Positions 9,803 to 18,285 of a DNA stretch of 64,000 nucleotides are shown piece after piece (position 1 is the stretch's first letter; the number at the start of each line of letters is the position of its first letter). Below the pieces are notes generated by a model. That model was not told where the DNA came from and did no database searches. It saw only the letters and a program-made list of their open reading frames with translations. The stretch is from an uncultured cyanobacterium (GTDB lineage: Bacteria > Cyanobacteriota > Cyanobacteriia > PCC-6307 > Cyanobiaceae). A program made the translations under genes and the position numbers. The stretch covers positions 1 through 64,000 of the forward strand of contig CAVXWZ010000001.1 in the NCBI GenBank assembly GCA_963765575.1. Reading direction: 5' to 3'.

Positions 9803-11702
9803 TCGGCGCGCTGATCAACCAACTGCTCTACCGCGGAGTGCTGCAGCGTCGCCTGCTGCTGCTGGCCTGGGATGGGCTGCTGATCGCCACCTGCTTCTGG
9901 CTGAGCTTCGCCCTGCGCCTGGGGGAGCCGGTGCCGCTGATGCTGCTGCCCAACCTCTACCTGCTGCCCTGGGCGGTGGTCATTGGCCTCAGCGTGCTGG
10001 TGTTCAGCGGCTGGTACCGGGGACTCACCCGCTACTCCGGCAGCCACTCCCTCTACGCCCTGCTGCCGCGCAGCGGGCTGATGGTGCTGCTGCTGCTGCT
10101 GGTGAGCACCCTGGCGAGCCGGGGGATGCCGCCCTTCCGCGGCTTCTGGCTGCTGTTCTGGCTGCTGTTCTCGGGCGCCGCAATCGCCTCGCGCATCGTG
10201 CTCCGCGACCTGTTGCGCTGGTGGCTCTCCCGCCCCGCGCCGGCCCGACCTGCGGGGCGAGGCCGCACGGAGGGGGGTGTACAGCCGGTGTTGGTGTACG
10301 TGTTCGGCCTGGCGGCCGATCAGCTGGTGGCCCAGCTGAAGCTGGAGAACGGCCGTGGCATTGCCGCCGTGGTCAGCGACGACCCCACCCTGGTGGGCCG
10401 CAGCCTGCGCGGTCTGCCCATCCACCCCATGGCCGATCTGCCCGCCCTTGCCGAGCGCTTTCACACCCGTGATCTGGTGTTCGCCGAGGCCGATCTCCCC
10501 CGCCCGCGCCGGCGGCAGCTGGTGGAGCGACTCACCGAGATGGACCTGCGCGTGCTGTCGATCCCATCGGTGCAGCAGATCCGCTCCGGCGAGCGGGTGA
10601 TCTCCTCGCTCAAGCCGGTGGTGATCGAGGACCTGCTCGGGCGCGATGCCTCCTGCGCCGACCCAACGCTGCTGCAGAACGCCGTGGCCGGGAAGGTGGT
10701 GCTGGTGAGCGGGGCCGGTGGCTCGATCGGTTCGGAGCTGTGCCGGCAGATCGCCGCCCTGGGGGCGTCGCGGCTGGTGATGCTCGAGCGCAGCGAGGAA
10801 GCCCTCTACGACCTCGACATCTCCATGGAGCGGCTGCGGCAGACGCTCCCAGACCTCGACCCCGGCCGCCTGGAGTTCCTGCTGGGCGATGTCTGTGACA
10901 GGGATCGCCTGGCCTCGCTCTGCCGCCAGCACGGCGTGCAGGTGCTGTTCCATGCCGCCGCCTACAAGCACGTGCCGCTGGTGGAGCGCAACATCTGCGC
11001 CGGGGTGGCCAACAACGTCGGCGGCACCCGCTCCGCCCTGGAGGCGGCGATCGCCAGCGGGGTCGAGCGCTTCATCCTGATCTCCACCGACAAGGCCGTG
11101 CGCCCCACCAATGCCATGGGGGCGAGCAAGCGGGTGGCGGAGATGCTGGTGCAGCTGGCCGCCCGCCGGGGCACGACCACGGTCTGCGCGATGGTGCGCT
11201 TCGGCAATGTGCTGGGCTCCTCCGGTTCGGTGGTGCCGCGCTTTCGCGCCCAGATCAAGGCCGGCGGGCCGATCACCGTGACCCACCCCGAGATCACCCG
11301 CTACTTCATGACCATCCCCGAAGCGGTGGCGCTGGTGCTGCAGGCCTCGGGGATGGCCGAGGGGGGGAGGTGTTCGTGCTCGACATGGGCGAGCCGGTGA
11401 AGATCGTGGATCTGGCCCGGCAGATGATTCGCCTCTCCGGCCGCAGCCTGCGCGATGCCGCCCAGCCCGATGGCGACGTGGAGATCGTGTTCACCGGCCT
11501 GCGGCCCGGGGAGAAGCTCTACGAGGAGCTGCTGATCAGCGCCAGCGATGAGCCCAGCTCCCATCCGCTGATTCGCAAGGCGCGCGAGCGCTGCCTGGCG
11601 GAGGCTGAGTTTGCCGGGCAGCTGCGGGATCTCGATGCCGCCCTGGCGGCCTGGGACGACCGGGCGGTGCAGGACTGCCTGAGCCGCCTGATGGCCGGCT
11701 GA
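9799..11702 (+). CDS. CapD/PglF/WbpM-type NDP-sugar 4,6-dehydratase with a one-base deletion in the G7 run at 11361-11367
   Basis: [52 protein letters not shown]-terminus [24 protein letters not shown] is in the shifted frame. Confidence 0.88.
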
Positions 11703-11709
11703 CGCCGGC

Positions 11710-12192
11710 TCAGCCCTCAAACCAGCGCCGCCCGTCGCTGCGGCGGTCCTGGCGGCGCCGCGCCTCCCTGCGGCTGAACTCGCTCACGCTGGGATTGGCC
11801 CCCACCGGATCCACATGGGCCACCTGCTGCCACAGCTGCGGCGGCGCCCAGCGCACGGTATGGCGGGCGCGGTCATGGCGGGTCACATGGCACCAGCGGC
11901 TCTGGTCGCAGTCCGGGCACCAGAGCTCCTCCAGCCACTCGTTGCTGAGCACCAGCACCGGATAGGCCTGGATCACCAGTTTCGCCCGCTTGTCGCTCAG
12001 CCCCCGCTGCCTCAGCTCCTCGGGCCTGAGCAGATGCAGGAAATACTTGCGGCCCGAGCCCGTGAGGCCGGTGTCGGGGTGCACGGGGCAGCGCAGCTCG
12101 CGCCGCTGGGGCCGCCGTGAGCGCCGCGGGCGGGCGGCTTCGCTGGTGGTGTTGGCCTGCCCAACACCCGCTTGCAATCCCGATCTGACCAT
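11710..12192 (-). CDS. Conserved cyanobacterial hypothetical protein with putative Zn ligands
   Basis: Arg-rich N-terminus, CPVH, EWLEELWCPDC..WCH, NPSVSEFSRR; start codon inferred. Confidence 0.65.
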   Translation of the reverse strand: MVRSGLQAGVGQANTTSEAARPRRSRRPQRRELRCPVHPDTGLTGSGRKYFLHLLRPEELRQRGLSDKRAKLVIQAYPVLVLSNEWLEELWCPDCDQSRWCHVTRHDRARHTVRWAPPQLWQQVAHVDPVGANPSVSEFSRREARRRQDRRSDGRRWFEG

Positions 12193-12403
12193 CAGGGCTG
12201 GAATGATCGCCCCACCATCCTGCGATGGCCTTGGGTTTCTGGTATCAGCTGATTCCAGTTGGCGTTGCGGTCGGCCTGGGTTCGTTCGCCCGCCTCCCTG
12301 GACTCGCGGATCGATCGTCTTCACCCCGGACACCACACCAGATGTGGTGCTTGGCCTCGGGCTGCTCAACGCCACTGCGCTCAACGCTGCTCCGCCGCTG
12401 CGC

Positions 12404-12970
12404 TCAACGCCGATCCCGTAGCGAATCCTCCCCAGCCGCCCCATCGCCGCGGCCGGTGGCCTGGCCCTCCAGCTTGGCGATCAGGTTGGGCACGAACTTC
12501 TCGGAGAATCCCGCCACGAACGACCACACCAGCAGCTTGGCGAAATCGGCGTTGGTGCCGGGGTTCACCTCCAGCACGAAGCCGTTGATGCTGGCGAAGG
12601 GGTGGTCGCCGGCTGGGGAACTCCGGAAACAGGCCGCCGCCTGAGCAGGCCGCCCATGAACACCAGATAGAGCAGGAAGGCGAAGGCCATCGCCACCGCG
12701 CACTTCCAGAGGAAATAGAGCGCCGGATGGCTCTGTTCGCCGCCGCCGCCGCCGCACCACCATTCCCGCCAACGTCGTCTTGCGGAAGGGCTGGTTGATC
12801 GCCGAGCCCAGGATCGCCGCCAGGCCCACGAACACCGCGATCGGTCCCGGCCCGTCCTCCACCCCCGCCGTCGCCTGGCGGTAGGTGGCGTAGCCGATCA
12901 GGCAGGCCGCCACCACCGTGGCCAGGGCGGCCAGGCGCAGGAAGCGAGGGCAGCGGGGGTTGCGGCTCAT
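12404..12970 (-). CDS. Hypothetical membrane protein, probably containing internal frameshifts
   Basis: TM segments at the N-terminus; a hydrophobic LYFLWKCAVAMAFAFLLYLVF segment in another frame; C-terminal FAKLLVWSFVAGFSEKFVP; ATGA overlap with polA stop. Confidence 0.55.
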   Translation of the reverse strand: MSRNPRCPRFLRLAALATVVAACLIGYATYRQATAGVEDGPGPIAVFVGLAAILGSAINQPFRKTTLAGMVVRRRRRRTEPSGALFPLEVRGGDGLRLPALSGVHGRPAQAAACFRSSPAGDHPFASINGFVLEVNPGTNADFAKLLVWSFVAGFSEKFVPNLIAKLEGQATGRGDGAAGEDSLRDRR

Positions 12971-15951
12971 TTCGCCGCCATCCAGTCGGGCCCGGCGCCG
13001 GTGTCCACCAGCAGGGGCACGCTCAGCTGCACCGCGCCCTCCATCGTGTCCTTCACCAGCGCCCGCACCGGCTCCAAGGCCTCGCTGGCCACCTCCAGCA
13101 CCAGCTCATCGTGCACCTGCAGCAGCAGCCGCGCCGGCAGGGCGGTTTCGATCAGCCGCCGCTGCAGACCCACCATCGCCAGCTTGATGATGTCGGCGCT
13201 GGAGCCCTGGATCGGCGCGTTGGCCGCCGCCCGCAGCTGCTGGGCCTCCTTGCCACCGCGGCGGGCGACATCCAGGTCGATCTCCAGCGGGTCGCTGCCC
13301 CGCAGCCGTCCCAGCCCGGCCGGGTCGAAGGCAAACGGCCGCCGCCGCCCCAGGATCGTCTCCACATAGCCCTTGCTCAGCGCCAGCCGCTCCTGCAGTT
13401 CCAGGAAGGTGAACACCTTCGGGTAGCGCCGCCGGTAGCGCTCCAGAAAGTCCTTCGCTTCCGCCTGGCTGACGCCCGTCTCGCGGGCAAAGCGCTGCTG
13501 GCCCATGCCGTAGATCACGCCGAAGTTGATCGTCTTGCCCAGCCGCCGCTCGTCGCTGCTCACCTCCTCTCCTTCACCCTTCTCCAGCAGCAGCCGGGCG
13601 GTGAGGGCATGCACGTCGTCGCCGCTGCGGTAGGCCTGCACCAGCACCTCCTCGCCGCTGAGGTGGGCGAGGATGCGCAGCTCGATCTGGGAGTAGTCGG
13701 CGCTCAGCAGCGTCCAGCCCGCCGCCGGCAGGAAGGCCTTGCGGATGCGCCGGGAGAAGGCCGTGCGCACGGGAATGTTCTGCAGGTTGGGATTGCTGCT
13801 CGAGAGCCGTCCGGTGGCGGTGACGGCCTGGTTGAAATCGGTGTGCACCCGGCCGGTTTCCGGCTCCACCAGGGCCGGCAGGGCATCCACATAGGTGCTC
13901 TTGAGCTTGCTGAGGATGCGGTGCTCCAGCACCAGCGGCACCACCGGATGGTCGTCCTCCAGCTTCTCCAGCACCGCCGCGTCGGTGCTCCAGCCGGTTT
14001 TGGTGCGGCGCGACTTCTTGCGCTCGAGCCCCAGGGTGTCGAACAGCAGCTCGCCCAGCTGCTTGGGGCTGGCCAGGTTGAAGTCCACCCCGGCGGCGGC
14101 CTTGGCTTCGCCCTCCAGCCGCTCCAGGGTGGCGCCCAGCTCGACGCTGAGTTTGGCCAGGTAGCCGGTGTCGATGCGGATGCCGGTGGCCTCCATCAGC
14201 GCCAGCACCGGCTCCAGGGGCAGCTCCAGCTGCTCCAGCAGCGCCGGCAGCTGGGGGCCCAGGTGTGCCAGCTGGGCGCGCAGCAGGGGCGTCAGGCGCC
14301 GGGTGAGGTGCACGTCCATGGCGCAGTACTGCGCCGCCGCCGCGATCGGCACCGCCCCGATGTCGCTGCCCTTGGGCACCAGCTCGCCGTAGCTGGTGGG
14401 GGTGAAGCCGAAGTTGCGCTCCGCCAGCACCTCCAGCCCGTGGCGGGCGTTGGCGTCGCGCAGGTAGTCGGCCAGCAGCGTGTCCATCACCACCCCGCCC
14501 AGCTCCAGGCCGTGGCGCAGCAGGATCAGCCGGTCGTACTTGGCGTTCTGCAGCGTTTTGGGGTGCTGGACGCTGGCCAGCCAGGGGGCCAGGGCGGTGA
14601 GCACCTGATCGAGCGGGAGCTGGGGCGGCTGGTCGCCGGTCTCAGCGGGCCGGTGCCCGATGGGGATGTAGGCCAGATCCTCCGGGCCCTCGCCCCAGGC
14701 CACGCCGATACCCACCAGTTCGGCCTTGAAGGGGTTGAGGGCGGTGGTCTCGGTGTCGAGGGCCACCGGCGCGGCCGCATCGGTGGCGCCCAGCAGCCGC
14801 GCCACCAGGGCGTCGAGGGCCGCGGCGGTGGTGATCAGCTGGGGGCTGAGCTGGGGTGGCGCCACCACGGCAGGATCGGCGGCTGGGGCGGCTGTTGGAG
14901 GCTGCGGGCTGGGCTGCTGAGCGGGCTGCTGAGCGGGCTGGGGCGGCACGGCCGAGAACAGCTCGGCGAAGCGGCCCACCTGCCGCGCCAGGGAATTCAG
15001 TTCCAGCTCCTCCAGGCTCTGCTGCAGCGCCGCGCTGTCCACCGCCCCCAGCCGCAGCCGCGGCGACGCGCTCAGCGGCACGTCCACCACGATCTCGGCC
15101 AGCATGCGCGAGTGGTAGGCGTTGGCCTTGTCGGCGCGCAGTTTCTGCAGCAGGGCGCCCTTGAGCACCCCCTTGGGGTCGGTGGCCTTGGGGCCGGCCT
15201 GCTCCATGGCCTCCAGCGCCGCGTAGATGCCGTCCACGTGGGCGAAGGCGCCCAGCAGGTTCACCGCTGTCTTCGGCCCCACGCCCTTGACGCCGGGGAT
15301 GTTGTCGCTGCTGTCACCGGTGAGGGCCTTGAGGTCCACCACCTCCTCGGGCGCCACCCCGAGCTTGGCGATCACCCCCTCGCGGCGGATCTCCAGCGGC
15401 CCGCTGCTCTTGGCGTAGGGACCGCCGCCCATGTAGAGCACGGCGATGTCGCGCCCATCGTCCACCAGCTGGAAGAGATCGCGGTCGCCCGAGAGGATCC
15501 GCACCCGCCAGCCCTCGGCGGCGGCGCTGTTGGCCAGGGTGCCGAGCACGTCGTCGGCCTCGTAGCCCGGGGCCATGCACAGCGGGATGTCGAGGTGCTC
15601 GCTCAGGATCCGCTGCAGGTTGACCACATCGGCGAAGAAGGCCTCCGGGGCCTCGTCGCGGTGGGCCTTGTAGGTGGCGTCGGCGGTGTGGCGGAAGGTG
15701 GGCTGGTCGGTGTCGAAGGCCACCACCAGACCATCGGGTCTGAGGCCTTTGCAGGTGTCGAGCAGGGCCTTGAGGAAGCCGTAGGTCACCGAGGTGGGCA
15801 CGCCCTCCCGGGTGCTGAGGCCGCCCTCGCCGCCCTTGGCAAAGGCATAGAAGCTGCGGAAGGCCAGCGAGTGGCCATCGATCAGCAGCAGCAGCGGCTT
15901 GTCGCCGTTGCCCTCAGCGGCAGCCGCCGTCGCGGTCTCTGCGTCTTTCAC
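12967..15951 (-). CDS. polA: DNA polymerase I
   Basis: LIDGHSLAFR 5'-exonuclease, ALDTET 3'-exonuclease, ADYSQIELR, KTINFGVIYG, QVHDEL; GTG start inferred. Confidence 0.98.
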   Translation of the reverse strand: MKDAETATAAAAEGNGDKPLLLLIDGHSLAFRSFYAFAKGGEGGLSTREGVPTSVTYGFLKALLDTCKGLRPDGLVVAFDTDQPTFRHTADATYKAHRDEAPEAFFADVVNLQRILSEHLDIPLCMAPGYEADDVLGTLANSAAAEGWRVRILSGDRDLFQLVDDGRDIAVLYMGGGPYAKSSGPLEIRREGVIAKLGVAPEEVVDLKALTGDSSDNIPGVKGVGPKTAVNLLGAFAHVDGIYAALEAMEQAGPKATDPKGVLKGALLQKLRADKANAYHSRMLAEIVVDVPLSASPRLRLGAVDSAALQQSLEELELNSLARQVGRFAELFSAVPPQPAQQPAQQPSPQPPTAAPAADPAVVAPPQLSPQLITTAAALDALVARLLGATDAAAPVALDTETTALNPFKAELVGIGVAWGEGPEDLAYIPIGHRPAETGDQPPQLPLDQVLTALAPWLASVQHPKTLQNAKYDRLILLRHGLELGGVVMDTLLADYLRDANARHGLEVLAERNFGFTPTSYGELVPKGSDIGAVPIAAAAQYCAMDVHLTRRLTPLLRAQLAHLGPQLPALLEQLELPLEPVLALMEATGIRIDTGYLAKLSVELGATLERLEGEAKAAAGVDFNLASPKQLGELLFDTLGLERKKSRRTKTGWSTDAAVLEKLEDDHPVVPLVLEHRILSKLKSTYVDALPALVEPETGRVHTDFNQAVTATGRLSSSNPNLQNIPVRTAFSRRIRKAFLPAAGWTLLSADYSQIELRILAHLSGEEVLVQAYRSGDDVHALTARLLLEKGEGEEVSSDERRLGKTINFGVIYGMGQQRFARETGVSQAEAKDFLERYRRRYPKVFTFLELQERLALSKGYVETILGRRRPFAFDPAGLGRLRGSDPLEIDLDVARRGGKEAQQLRAAANAPIQGSSADIIKLAMVGLQRRLIETALPARLLLQVHDELVLEVASEALEPVRALVKDTMEGAVQLSVPLLVDTGAGPDWMAAK

Positions 15952-16003
15952 TCCTGCCCCGCTCAATCGCCAGCGCACCGATCGCCCGCCAGCCTGGCAG
16001 AGC

Positions 16004-16396
16004 TCAGCGGTGGAGTTCGGCAGCCGCGAAACGCAGCACGGCCGCCGCCGTGGCCAGGGCGGCCTGGCTGTCGTTGGCATCGAACAGATCGGACGGGGCC
16101 TCATCCCCCTGGGGGTAGCGGGTTTCGCTGTTCATGCGGGTGAGCGGTTTGAGGTGCAGCTCGGCCAGAGCATGCGTGTTGAGCCCTTGGCTGTGCAGCA
16201 TCTCCACAAAGCGCTCCAGTGAATGGCTGTATGGCGGGGTGATGCCGGCTGCCACCAGCAGGGCTTTGAGTGCCTTTTCAGCCGCCTGCCCGGCGAGGTA
16301 ACAGGCCTGGGCATCGAACTCCTCGCCCGCCATGCAGCGGGCGGCGTCCAGATCGTTCTGGGCCTGGCGGATCCAGGCCTCAGCCCGGGGGGTCAT
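16004..16396 (-). CDS. HEPN-domain protein
   Basis: W..QA..DL, ACYLAGQAAEKALKA, HSL and RYP pattern. Confidence 0.88.
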   Translation of the reverse strand: MTPRAEAWIRQAQNDLDAARCMAGEEFDAQACYLAGQAAEKALKALLVAAGITPPYSHSLERFVEMLHSQGLNTHALAELHLKPLTRMNSETRYPQGDEAPSDLFDANDSQAALATAAAVLRFAAAELHR

Positions 16397-16731
16397 GGCC
16401 GATCGAGGCGCAGGGCATCGCGGCCGATGGCGCGCCAGTAGGGGTCCTCGCTGGTCCTGAGCAGTGGCCAGCTCTCGCTGGTGAGGGCCAGCACGTCGTC
16501 GCCGAGCCTGGCTTCCAGTAATGCATTGGCCAGCACCTCGGCCGCGGCCTGGCTGGGAGCGATTGCCAGAAGGTCGACATCGGAATAGGCGTCCCAGTCA
16601 CCCCGGGCGAGCGAGCCGAACAGCCACACCTCGGCGCCTGGATGGGCCGCCACCACCTGGGCAGCGCCCTGCCGCAGCGCCGCCAGGCGGCCGCTGCGGC
16701 GTTGCTCACGGAGGCTGGCCAGGCTTGCCAT
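16393..16731 (-). CDS. Minimal nucleotidyltransferase (MNT), partner of the HEPN gene
   Basis: LFGSLARGDWDAYSDVDLL (GS..DxD); 4-nt overlap with HEPN. Confidence 0.9.
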   Translation of the reverse strand: MASLASLREQRRSGRLAALRQGAAQVVAAHPGAEVWLFGSLARGDWDAYSDVDLLAIAPSQAAAEVLANALLEARLGDDVLALTSESWPLLRTSEDPYWRAIGRDALRLDRP

Positions 16732-16735
16732 CAGC

Positions 16736-18223
16736 TCACGCTATCCAGTCGGCCGAGAAGCGATCCACCCCGGCCAGCCGCACCCGCAGGTCGGCGCGGC
16801 CGTTGCCGCTGCGGTCGCCGCTCAGCAACCCGCCGCTGAAGCGCAGCTCCCGGGCCCGACCGGAGAAGCCAGCGCTGCCGATGAAGCGCCAGCCCTTGTT
16901 GGCGAAGGGGTTGCCGCCATCGAGCAGGGCCGTGATCGCCAGCCGGTCGCCCCCCTGGCCGTTGAAGTCGTCGATCCTGTCCAGGGGCCGGCCGCGCAGA
17001 TCCCCAGACCGCCACACGAAGGCATCGGCGCCGCCGCCGCCGCCCATGCGGTCGCGGCCCGGCCCGCCGATCAGCACGTCGTTGCCGGCCCGGCCCCGCA
17101 GGCGGTCGTTGCCGCCGCCACCGATCAGCAGGTCGTTGGCCTTGCGGCCGGGCAAGCGGTCGTTGCCGGTGCCCCCCTCGCGCCGGCGGTTGAGGGCGGC
17201 GGCGGCGAAGTCGCTGCGGCTGCGCCCCAGGGTGAGCTCCAGGGAGCGGGCCAGCATCCGGTTGCCGCGCTCACCGAAGTGCACGTTGTCGAAGTGCAGA
17301 AAACGGGAGATCCGGTTGCTGGAGAGATCAGCGAAGCCCTTGCGGCCCTGGGCCGCCCGGCGGCTGTCGCGGATGCCGTAGTCGGAGAAGTCGCCCAGCC
17401 GCCCGCCGAAGCGGCGCCAGGAGGCCTCAAACTCATTGCGGAAGCCCACGATCGCGGCATAGGGGTAGCGCTCGCGCAGCTCATCCAGGCCCCGGTCGAA
17501 GCGCTCCAGCAGCTCCGCGCTGCCGTTGCTGCGGAAGTAGTCGGCCCAGGCACGGGTGTTGCTGCCGCCCTTGCCCCGCTCGGCGCGCCGGAGCAGCTCG
17601 GTGATGTAGGGGAGCTGGTACGCCACCCCGTTCACGTCGCCCTGAAAGGGCACCAGGGCCGAAGCCACGATCTGGCGCGTTTCGCCGGAGCGCAGCATCA
17701 CCTCCACGTTGGCGAGCATGCGCTTCACCGTGCGGCGCACCACCTGCTGCGGCTTGCGGCCCTCGCGCACCCCCAGCAGCAGGTCGTTGGCGCCGCCCCA
17801 GATCACCGTGAGGTTGCTTGAGCTCGGGCGGAGGCCCTGATCCAGGGCAGCCTCGATCTGGCCCTGCAGGCCGCGGCCGCGCAGGCCGGCGATCGCCGCC
17901 AGCCGTTCGCGCAGATCGCCAAATTCCGCCAGATGCTCGCGGCCGCTGGTGGCGCCGCTGACGGCGAAGGAGGGGGCGCTGGCGGAGCCGGCCCCTGGCG
18001 GGGCAACGAAACGGTTGGCGAGGCCGAAGCCGCTGGACGCTCCGCCGGCCAGGGGCAGCCCCAGCCGCCGCCGCAGCAGCACCTGCCAGTTGTTGGGGGT
18101 GTTGTGGGCGGTGACGCCGCTGTAGCGGCCCCGGGGCGAGCTCTCGCGGCGCAGGCGCGCGGCCAGGCTGCCCACATCGCTGGCGCTGTCGCCGAACACA
18201 GTCAGCTGGCGGAAGCGGGCCAT
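16736..18223 (-). CDS. SGNH/GDSL hydrolase with C-terminal RTX Ca-binding repeats
   Basis: FGDSASDVG, WGGANDL, FDNVHF; GGTGND/GGGGND/GGPGRD repeats and serralysin-like tail. Confidence 0.85.
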   Translation of the reverse strand: MARFRQLTVFGDSASDVGSLAARLRRESSPRGRYSGVTAHNTPNNWQVLLRRRLGLPLAGGASSGFGLANRFVAPPGAGSASAPSFAVSGATSGREHLAEFGDLRERLAAIAGLRGRGLQGQIEAALDQGLRPSSSNLTVIWGGANDLLLGVREGRKPQQVVRRTVKRMLANVEVMLRSGETRQIVASALVPFQGDVNGVAYQLPYITELLRRAERGKGGSNTRAWADYFRSNGSAELLERFDRGLDELRERYPYAAIVGFRNEFEASWRRFGGRLGDFSDYGIRDSRRAAQGRKGFADLSSNRISRFLHFDNVHFGERGNRMLARSLELTLGRSRSDFAAAALNRRREGGTGNDRLPGRKANDLLIGGGGNDRLRGRAGNDVLIGGPGRDRMGGGGGADAFVWRSGDLRGRPLDRIDDFNGQGGDRLAITALLDGGNPFANKGWRFIGSAGFSGRARELRFSGGLLSGDRSGNGRADLRVRLAGVDRFSADWIA

Positions 18224-18285
18224 CGAGGGTCGAAGGGGAGAGCGGGCGCCGCTGGCGGCGGGGCACGGCCCATCTCAGCGTGGCC

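Noticed and set aside
14905..14945. 12-bp repeats in polA (PAQQ units)
   Set aside because: Ordinary low-complexity inter-domain linker
15952..16104. N-terminal extension of polA in the ORF track
   Set aside because: Overlaps the HEPN gene and lacks PolI similarity; the downstream GTG is more plausible
13111..16143. 1010-aa plus-strand ORF and similar long antisense ORFs (9487-11286, 18280-20937, 33738-35639, 37539-39332, 61124-62560)
   Set aside because: They mirror well-supported genes on the opposite strand, a typical high-GC shadow-ORF artefact, and show no motifs of their own apart from the DUF1643 fragment noted
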